Shown here one piece after another: positions 26,105 to 32,000 of a stretch of 32,000 nt of DNA; within the stretch, counting starts at the first letter, position 1; each line of letters begins with the position of its first letter. The stretch spans positions 2,610,001 through 2,642,000 of the forward strand of contig NC_014833.1 of the NCBI RefSeq assembly GCF_000179635.2, read 5' to 3'. The DNA is from Ruminococcus albus 7 = DSM 20455 (lineage in GTDB: Bacteria; Bacillota; Clostridia; Oscillospirales; Ruminococcaceae). The notes under the pieces were generated by a model. The model saw nothing but the letters and a program-made list of their open reading frames with translations, had not been told where the DNA came from and made no database searches. The position numbers and the translations under genes were made by a program.

Positions 26105-26482
26105 TTATTCAATAAGACCTTTTTCTTTCAAAACCTTCTTGATAGCCGCATATGTCTCATCGCTGAGGATATGTTCAACACGGCAGGCATCCTTGGAAGC
26201 AGTAGCTTCGCTTACGCCCAATGATACGAACAGCTTGGAAAACAGCTTATGACGCTCATACATTTTTGCAGCTATCTCCATACCTTTATCTGTAAGTGTG
26301 ATGTAACCATCCTTATCAACGAGGATATATCCGTTCTCACGAAGATTCTTCATGGCTATGCTGACGCTGGGCTTGGAAAATTCAAGTTCGTTAACTATGT
26401 CGATGCTTCTGACATCGCCTTTGCGCTCACTGATCATGAGTATGCTTTCAAGATAATTCTCGGCAGATTCCTGTATTTTCAA
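26105..26482 (-). CDS. DtxR/MntR-family metal-dependent transcriptional repressor
   Basis: 125 aa. SAENYLESILMISERKGDVRSIDIVNELEFSKPSVSIAMKNLRENGYI plus a helical dimerisation/metal region. TTG start follows GGAGGTG. Confidence 0.9.
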   Translation of the reverse strand: MKIQESAENYLESILMISERKGDVRSIDIVNELEFSKPSVSIAMKNLRENGYILVDKDGYITLTDKGMEIAAKMYERHKLFSKLFVSLGVSEATASKDACRVEHILSDETYAAIKKVLKEKGLIE

Positions 26483-26514
26483 AGCTGCACCTCCGTTGTA
26501 ATTAATTATACCAT

Positions 26515-26543
26515 ATTATAACACATTTATATAAATATTGCAA
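26515..26543 (-). promoter_or_regulatory. Promoter TTGCAA-17-TATAAT for the DtxR-family gene
   Basis: The minus strand reads cTTGCAAtatttatataaatgtgtTATAATatgg, followed by the 10-bp palindrome TAATTAATTA before the SD. Confidence 0.5.
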
Positions 26544-26580
26544 GTGGTACAAAAGAAATAATCAGCAGAAGTTAATAGCG

Positions 26581-26835
26581 TCATATCCTGCGGAATGAAC
26601 CTGTGAACATTTTTGCTGAACGTATCAGCATTGTCACGCCCATAACTGCACATACCGAACCTAAGGTTATGGAATTTCTGAGGACATATATGCCTGCGGC
26701 TGTCACTAAGACACTTACCGCCATGCAGAGGATGAAAAATCCTGCGCGTAGGATAACTCTTACAGAACGGGGTACATATCTGCTGTTCAGAAAACCGCTT
26801 AATACCTCTTCAGCTATATCTATGATGATATCCAT
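26581..26835 (-). CDS. Small 2-TM membrane protein, second gene of the XRE operon
   Basis: 84 aa. AAAGGAGG lies 8 nt before the ATG, and the gene starts 21 nt after the XRE gene stop. Confidence 0.65.
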   Translation of the reverse strand: MDIIIDIAEEVLSGFLNSRYVPRSVRVILRAGFFILCMAVSVLVTAAGIYVLRNSITLGSVCAVMGVTMLIRSAKMFTGSFRRI

Positions 26836-26856
26836 AATGCTGTCCTCCTTTGATAT

Positions 26857-27384
26857 TTATATCAGGCTGCTGTAATAAGCGCTCAGCTTTGCAGCGGCTT
26901 TTTTTATGAGCTGTTCAGCCTTATCGTGAGCGTTTATATCTGCAAAAATGCCCTGAGTGGAAAGTGTCTGTGCCTGCTTTGCAAGTTCTACTGCACGCTG
27001 GAATGCTGCTATATCCTCATTTTCTGTAAGCTGTTCCGCAAGGTGCAGACAAGCACGTGCTTTCAGCGCGGTAAATTCGTCGATATATCCATGTGGCGGC
27101 TCCGCCTTGACTATCTCCTCATAAACGCCTGCGGCATAGAGGTTGCGAAGTTCGATATAACTTACCATACCTGTATCTGCGGCAGGTGAAGTATCATAGG
27201 CTTCAAGCTGTATATCAAGCACTTTGCAGAGATATTCAAGGGTCTTAACCGAGGGCATGGCACTGCCACTCTCTATCTGGCTGAGCATATTTCTGGTTAT
27301 GAAATCGCCCACCACCTCATTCTGTGTCATCTTTTTAGCGAGGCGTGCTTCCTTTATAATACGTCCGATATTTTTTGCATCCAT
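26857..27384 (-). CDS. XRE-family HTH regulator with helical (TPR-like) C-terminal domain
   Basis: IGRIIKEARLAKKMTQNEVVGDFITRNMLSQIESGSAMPSVKTLEYLCKVLDI is a Cro/C1-type HTH. AAGGAGG SD is present. Confidence 0.85.
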   Translation of the reverse strand: MDAKNIGRIIKEARLAKKMTQNEVVGDFITRNMLSQIESGSAMPSVKTLEYLCKVLDIQLEAYDTSPAADTGMVSYIELRNLYAAGVYEEIVKAEPPHGYIDEFTALKARACLHLAEQLTENEDIAAFQRAVELAKQAQTLSTQGIFADINAHDKAEQLIKKAAAKLSAYYSSLI

Positions 27385-27424
27385 TTGTTAGCCTCCTTTT
27401 TACGTGTCAATTTCATTTACATAT

Positions 27425-27453
27425 AATATAACACACTTTCCGCACAATTGCAA
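27425..27453 (-). promoter_or_regulatory. Promoter TTGCAA-17-TATATT for the XRE operon
   Basis: The minus strand reads cTTGCAAttgtgcggaaagtgtgtTATATTatatg. Confidence 0.5.
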
Positions 27454-27598
27454 GCGTTTTACAGAAATTTAACATTTGCATTTACTATGTATGGATGTGT
27501 GATTTACCAAAAAGGTAAAAAGAAAACTTCTTGCCATATTATAAAGGTATTATATATTATAATACTGCGATTCTGTAAAAATTTTTTTGAAAAACCTC

Positions 27599-27627
27599 TT
27601 GACAAAGTAAATCGTTTGATGTATAAT
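27599..27627 (+). promoter_or_regulatory. Perfect consensus promoter TTGACA-17-TATAAT for the NfeD/flotillin operon
   Basis: ttgaca (27599-27604), a 17-nt spacer, then tataat (27622-27627). Confidence 0.7.
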
Positions 27628-27630
27628 AAG

Positions 27631-27666
27631 GTAAATTAAATTTACAAGTTCAGTTTACCAAGTAAA
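27631..27666. promoter_or_regulatory. Candidate operator: palindromes GTAAATT-A-AATTTAC and TTTAC-CAA-GTAAA between -10 and SD
   Basis: A 15-nt perfect palindrome at 27631-27645 and a 13-nt palindrome at 27654-27666 begin 4 nt after the -10 hexamer. Confidence 0.45.
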
Positions 27667-27679
27667 GGAGGCGGTAAAT

Positions 27680-28393
27680 ATGATGGAAAGATTTGATATT
27701 TGGTGGGACGGACTCAGCGGACTGCTGAAGGTGCTTTACTGCATCGCCTTTCCTTCAACTATGCTGCTTATATTTCAGACCCTTATGGCAATGTTCGGTA
27801 TGCACCACGGTGCACATGATATCAGCGATACCTCGGGACTGGATATGCACACGGATGTGGGCGGACACGATTTCGATATCGGACATGACATAGGCGGTCA
27901 TCACGGATTTGATATCCACCACGATATCGACGCACACCACAACGGCGACTTCCACGATCATTCTATCAACGATAACGTTACGGACACCTCGATGCACTTC
28001 TTCACTTTACAGACGATAGTTGCATTCCTTACAGTGTTCAGCTGGTCGTCGATAGTTCTGGTTGGGTCAAGCGTACCTAAGATAGCGGCACTTGCAGTTG
28101 GTTCAATACTTGGCATCGGCACGATGGCACTGGTAGCAAAGATGGTACAGTTTTCCATGAGACTTGCAGAGAACGGAACAGTTGACCTGAGAAACGCAAT
28201 TGGCGAGAGCGCAACGGTATATATCCCCTGCCCCGCAAAAAATCAGGGAATGGGAAAGATAACCATGACGCTGCAGGGTCAGATGATGGAGCTTGGCGCT
28301 TTCAATGAGGGCGAGGAAATGCTGAAAACCGGTACCAAGGTAGTTGTGGTAGATGTCCGCGGTGACGATGTGATAGTAGAAAAAGATGCATGA
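27680..28393 (+). CDS. NfeD/YqiJ-like membrane protein with His/Asp-rich loop and C-terminal OB-fold
   Basis: TM, then a His/Asp-rich loop, then TMs, then GESATVYIPCPAKNQGMGKITMTLQGQMMELGAFNEGEEMLKTGTKVVVVDVRGDDVIVEK (NfeD-C-like). It lies in an operon with a flotillin gene, as for yqiJ-yqiK and yuaF-floT. Confidence 0.75.
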   Translation: MMERFDIWWDGLSGLLKVLYCIAFPSTMLLIFQTLMAMFGMHHGAHDISDTSGLDMHTDVGGHDFDIGHDIGGHHGFDIHHDIDAHHNGDFHDHSINDNVTDTSMHFFTLQTIVAFLTVFSWSSIVLVGSSVPKIAALAVGSILGIGTMALVAKMVQFSMRLAENGTVDLRNAIGESATVYIPCPAKNQGMGKITMTLQGQMMELGAFNEGEEMLKTGTKVVVVDVRGDDVIVEKDA

Positions 28394-28414
28394 CAGATCC
28401 GGGAGGTGCGGGAT

Positions 28415-28741
28415 ATGACGAGGACAATTATTTCTATAATACTATTCGTGATAAGCGCACTGTTAGCGAAATGCAGCATAAGGCATTTTCTCGGGCGCGG
28501 ATACTTACTAAACAATGCGTACATATTCGCACCGAAAACAGAACGGGAGTCAATGAACAAAAAGCCGTATTACAGACAGTCCGCTGTTGTATTTTTACTG
28601 ATGAGCGCGGTATTCATCGTGCTGGGACTTGCGGTTTTATTTGAGGATACAAAGCTCGAACTTATCGAGCTACCTCTGATTGCGGGTGCTGTGATATACG
28701 CAGTTATCTCCGAGGTAAAGATAGAAAAGAAGTCAAAATGA
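28415..28741 (+). CDS. Hypothetical 3-TM membrane protein
   Basis: MTRTIISIILFVISALLAK... ATG 28415 lies 8 nt after GGGAGG; the track ORF starts at GTG 28406. Confidence 0.6.
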   Translation: MTRTIISIILFVISALLAKCSIRHFLGRGYLLNNAYIFAPKTERESMNKKPYYRQSAVVFLLMSAVFIVLGLAVLFEDTKLELIELPLIAGAVIYAVISEVKIEKKSK

Positions 28742-28792
28742 CACGGGAAATAAATAAAAAACTATAAGACAAAAGAAGAGACAAAAATATCC

Positions 28793-29015
28793 ATGTGTAG
28801 AACAGAAGAAAGAAGACAACAGGACGTATAAAAACAAAAGAAAGAGACATAAAAAAGAGACAATAACTTATGTGTAGGACAAAAGAAGGCAGACAACAGG
28901 ACGTATAAAAACAAAAGAAAGAGACAAAAAAGAGAGACAATATCTTATGTGTAGGACAGAAGAAGGCAGACAACAAAACGGCTTTTGGTTAAGGCACAAA
29001 AGAGAGAAGAGGTAA
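28793..29015 (+). repeat. 77-bp purine-rich tandem repeat, about 2.9 copies
   Basis: Units start with ATGTGTAG at 28793, 28870 and 28947, an exact 77-nt period. A partial copy lies upstream (28765-28792) and a degenerate copy at about 30085-30130. Confidence 0.9.
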
Positions 29016-29020
29016 TTTGA

Positions 29021-29965
29021 ATGAAAACAAAAGCAAAAGCCGCACTGATATCCGCAGCAGCAGTTGTGGGTGTTGCAGGTGGGATATGGTTTTCATGGTG
29101 CAGTGGAATCAATTACGAGAGAAGATACAAAAAGCTGTTCGACAAGACATTTAAAGGTGACTACAAGATAACCGTTACCGAAAGCGGGTTTTATACCAAT
29201 AAGAAAACTCCGATAAAGCTGCCTGTACGATACAAAGTCTATGATGTTGAATACAAGGATAAAAACGACAAAGAAAGACATTTTGATCTTGACAGCAGAT
29301 ATCCGTACATTTATGAACCTGATCATGAGACTCTGTTGGAGTATATAAAAAACAAAAACATAAATGCAGACAAAGATGTAGCTATTACACTGAATAATGA
29401 AATACATTTGATCACATTAGATGATGGGTTTGATGACCTTCTGCCAAAATATTTTGACGATGTAGAACGCAAGTACGACACAAGTATCTTTGCAGATAGT
29501 GACGGATATAGGGTCATTTTATTACCGATAGATAATTCTTTCGATTATATAGACAATTACTACAATCACAATAACGATGATAAAATGCAAGAGTTCATAT
29601 CACCCAAAACTTGTCCTGTACTATCAGACTTAGATTGGAGATCAGCCGCAGACATCAAGACTTTTTCTCTGGATCTATCTGTCATAATAACCGATGAAAG
29701 CAAATTTGGTTTGATGGATGAATATACCGAAAAGGCGGAAGCTCTATGTAAGGAATTCGCAGATGCTTCAGACTTCGGAGGAAATTACAAGTACTTAGTC
29801 AGGACAATAAAAGAAGATGGCGAAGGATCTAAAGCTATCGACAGTAACGCCCTCTATGTAATAAACGGTAAGAAAGTAGACTTAGATCCGGATGATAATA
29901 TAACTTATCAAAAGTTCAAAGATATGATAGTTGAAAAAGCCGGATATGACATATCCGACAGATAA
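29021..29965 (+). CDS. Hypothetical membrane-anchored protein, A+T-rich, no recognised domain
   Basis: 314 aa with an N-terminal anchor ALISAAAVVGVAGGIWFSW and Asp/Lys/Tyr-rich composition. A GAAGAGG SD-like element precedes the start. Confidence 0.7.
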   Translation: MKTKAKAALISAAAVVGVAGGIWFSWCSGINYERRYKKLFDKTFKGDYKITVTESGFYTNKKTPIKLPVRYKVYDVEYKDKNDKERHFDLDSRYPYIYEPDHETLLEYIKNKNINADKDVAITLNNEIHLITLDDGFDDLLPKYFDDVERKYDTSIFADSDGYRVILLPIDNSFDYIDNYYNHNNDDKMQEFISPKTCPVLSDLDWRSAADIKTFSLDLSVIITDESKFGLMDEYTEKAEALCKEFADASDFGGNYKYLVRTIKEDGEGSKAIDSNALYVINGKKVDLDPDDNITYQKFKDMIVEKAGYDISDR

Positions 29966-29976
29966 AGGAGAAGAAC

Positions 29977-30054
29977 ATGAAAAACATACTTCAGAAGTCC
30001 GTATACCGATACGAATCGGACGGCAAGCAGTTCACGGGAACATACCGATGTTAA
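29977..30054 (+). CDS. Possible 25-aa micro-ORF (MKNILQKSVYRYESDGKQFTGTYRC)
   Basis: Too short for the track. It is preceded by the same 16-nt GACAGATAAAGGAGAA translation-initiation segment as the flotillin gene. There is no other support. Confidence 0.25.
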   Translation: MKNILQKSVYRYESDGKQFTGTYRC

Positions 30055-30151
30055 CGCCAATTCCCGAAAGAAAGATAAAGAAGATCAGAACAAAGAAAAA
30101 AGACAACATCTCACACAAAACAAATTCTTTGACAGATAAAGGAGAATAACT

Positions 30152-31612
30152 ATGGGAACCGAGTCGATCATTATTATTTGCGTTATAGTTGCGGTACTTT
30201 TCGCAGCACTTATGGCTATACTTTCAAGATACAGAAAATGCCCTTCGGACAAGGTGCTGGTCATCTACGGTAAGGTAGGTACAGACAAGAACGGACAGGC
30301 AAGGAGTGCAAGATGTATCCACGGCGGTGCGGCATTCATCATGCCTGTAATACAGTCCTATGAGTACATGGACCTGACACCTATATCCATAAACGTTGAC
30401 CTGAAAAATGCGCTTTCAAAGCAGAATATCCGTATCGATGTTCCTTCAAGATTCACAGTTGGTATCTCTACCGAACCCGGCATCATGCAGAACGCCGCTG
30501 AAAGACTTCTCGGTCTGAAGCTGATGGAGATACAGGAACTGGCTAAGGATATCATCTTCGGTCAGCTGAGACTTATCATCGCTACAATGGATATCGAAGA
30601 GATCAACTCCGACAGAGACAAGTTCCTGCTGGCAGTATCCAACAACGTTGAGATCGAGCTGAAAAAGATCGGTCTGAAACTGATAAACGTTAACGTTACC
30701 GATATCACAGACGAGTCCGGATATCTGGAAGCTCTCGGTAAAGAGGCTGCTGCAAAGGCTATCAACGACGCTAAGAAGAGCGTTGCAGAGAAGCACAGAG
30801 ACGGTGAGATCGGTCAGTCGCACGCACAGAAAGAGCAGAGGATCGAAGTTGCAGCTGCAAACGCTGACGCTATCAAGGGTGAGAACGATGCTAAGGTAGC
30901 TGTTGCACAGTCCGAGGCTGAGAGAAGAGAAAGAGAAGCAGAATCTCTGCGTAAGGCTACCGCTGCCGAAGCAGTTCAGGCTGCAAAGGCTAAGCAGGAA
31001 GCTTACATCGCTCAGCAGGAAGCAGAGCTTACAAGAGCAGAGCTGGAAAAGGCTACACAGAAGGCTGACGTTATCGTTAAGGCTGAGATCAGCAAGCAGC
31101 AGGCTGAGATCCAGGCTGAGGCACAGGCTGAAGTTACAAGACGTAAGGCAAAGGGTGAAGCTGACGCTATCTTCGCTAAGATGGAAGCTGAGGCTAAGGG
31201 TAATCAGGAGATACTCACCAAGCAGGCAGAAGGTCTGAAGCAGATAGTTGCTGCTGCAGGCGGTGATGCTGATGCGGCTGTAAGACTTATCATCGCTGAC
31301 AAGATGGAGCAGCTGATAGCTATTCAGGTAGAGGCTATCAAGAACATCAAGATCGACAAGATCACTGTTTGGGACAGCGGCGCTAACGGCGGACAGGGCG
31401 GCGGCTCTACCGCTAACTTCCTCAGCGGTCTGATGAAGAGCGTACCTCCTCTGAACGATCTGTTCGAGCAGGCAGGTATGTCACTGCCCGAGTTCCTTGG
31501 CAAGGACATGAAGGATGCTCTGGAGAAGTCCCGCGAGGAGGCTATCCAGAGAGTTGCAGCAGAGGAAGCTGAAAAGCTTGGCAGCAACGATGTTGAGATA
31601 ATCGAGCAGTAA
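30152..31612 (+). CDS. Flotillin-like SPFH/Band-7 protein (YuaG/FloT, YqiK type)
   Basis: 486 aa with an N-terminal TM hairpin, an SPFH domain (VDLKNALSKQNIRIDVPSRFTVGI...) and a long Ala/Glu/Lys-rich coiled-coil region (AEAQAEVTRRKAKGEADA...). Confidence 0.92.
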   Translation: MGTESIIIICVIVAVLFAALMAILSRYRKCPSDKVLVIYGKVGTDKNGQARSARCIHGGAAFIMPVIQSYEYMDLTPISINVDLKNALSKQNIRIDVPSRFTVGISTEPGIMQNAAERLLGLKLMEIQELAKDIIFGQLRLIIATMDIEEINSDRDKFLLAVSNNVEIELKKIGLKLINVNVTDITDESGYLEALGKEAAAKAINDAKKSVAEKHRDGEIGQSHAQKEQRIEVAAANADAIKGENDAKVAVAQSEAERREREAESLRKATAAEAVQAAKAKQEAYIAQQEAELTRAELEKATQKADVIVKAEISKQQAEIQAEAQAEVTRRKAKGEADAIFAKMEAEAKGNQEILTKQAEGLKQIVAAAGGDADAAVRLIIADKMEQLIAIQVEAIKNIKIDKITVWDSGANGGQGGGSTANFLSGLMKSVPPLNDLFEQAGMSLPEFLGKDMKDALEKSREEAIQRVAAEEAEKLGSNDVEIIEQ

Positions 31613-31668
31613 ATAGTCATAATGCACAAATAACCTCTCAAAATGCACATATCACCTCAATTGATATA

Positions 31669-31713
31669 CTGCTGTCCGGTGCTGCAGATGCTGTGCCGGA
31701 CAGCAGCTTTTTT
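31669..31713 (+). terminator. Rho-independent terminator after the flotillin gene
   Basis: ctgctgtccgg-(16 nt)-ccggacagcag followed by cTTTTTT. Confidence 0.85.
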
Positions 31714-32000
31714 ATAATAAACTAATTGAAAACCATGCTATATGAGCATGAGAGAACGATCCGAAATGCATTTATGAAGGCTTTTGTACGTTAAGTTGTA
31801 CGCGAGGCAAGAAAAGGCGCGGAGAGAGGGCTAAAAATCTTTCATGTTTTATCATTTAATTATTTCTAAGCCGTGTAAATTCGACAAATAAATGCTTCTA
31901 AAACGTTTTCTAAAAAATCGTTGGCCAAGACGTGAGTTTCATATCTTCGTACTATCTTTTAACCAAACATAATATTGCGATTATGATAAATTCATTTAAC

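Noticed and set aside
28704-28976. 90-aa ORF on the minus strand across the 77-bp repeats
   Set aside because: It is an artefact of the pyrimidine-rich complement of a purine-rich tandem repeat (Phe/Leu/Ser/Cys runs). It has no SD and its frame merely follows the repeat.
28793-29015. Possible CRISPR array
   Set aside because: The units are directly adjacent 77-nt tandem copies with no unique spacers, the repeats are not palindromic, and there are no cas genes in the window.
29931-30149. 72-aa Lys-rich ORF on the plus strand
   Set aside because: It starts inside the 314-aa gene in another frame, has no SD, and its purine-rich sequence gives Lys/Glu/Arg low-complexity translation.
31714-32000. 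Possible tRNA, rRNA leader or gene start in the terminal non-coding stretch
   Set aside because: I found no T-loop (GGTTCGAAT-like) or cloverleaf, no ORF with an SD, and no rRNA 5' sequence. Only the TTGTACG repeats and small palindromes were noted.

Overview
The window looks like a chromosomal segment from a low-to-mid GC Clostridia-type Firmicute. A secreted protein ending in a duplicated dockerin module suggests a cellulosome-bearing, Ruminococcus-like organism; that is inference only. Most of the window is housekeeping: glpK, a Dabb protein plus radA, rplU-prp-rpmA, obg, mrnC, a yebC-family gene, ilvE, and cdaA-cdaR followed by an FAD-dependent protein and an HD hydrolase. Many intergenic regions carry near-consensus TTGACA-17-TATAAT promoters and clear hairpin terminators. 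No tRNA, rRNA, CRISPR array or transposase gene was seen.

Four things stand out.
1. Two homologous, self-contained 'hairpin + consensus promoter + conserved 5' UTR + one cargo gene + GC hairpin' cassettes lie at 12995-14112 and 25515-26098. Each is nested inside a long imperfect palindrome between convergent genes. Part of the 5' UTR motif recurs upstream of a third gene.
2. An XRE regulator operon is divergent from an NfeD/YqiJ-flotillin operon. The shared intergenic region is packed with GTAAAT/ATTTAC half-sites.
3. That flotillin operon is interrupted by an A+T-rich insert carrying a 77-bp purine-rich tandem repeat with reiterated MCRT micro-ORFs, an orphan 314-aa gene, and a duplicated 16-nt ribosome-binding segment.
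4. A roughly 0.8 kb ORF-free region between glpK and the Dabb/radA promoter has a G+C-richer core and a perfect 11-bp-arm palindrome. It is a candidate structured RNA or decayed element.

All functional calls rest on motif recognition by eye. No searches were run.
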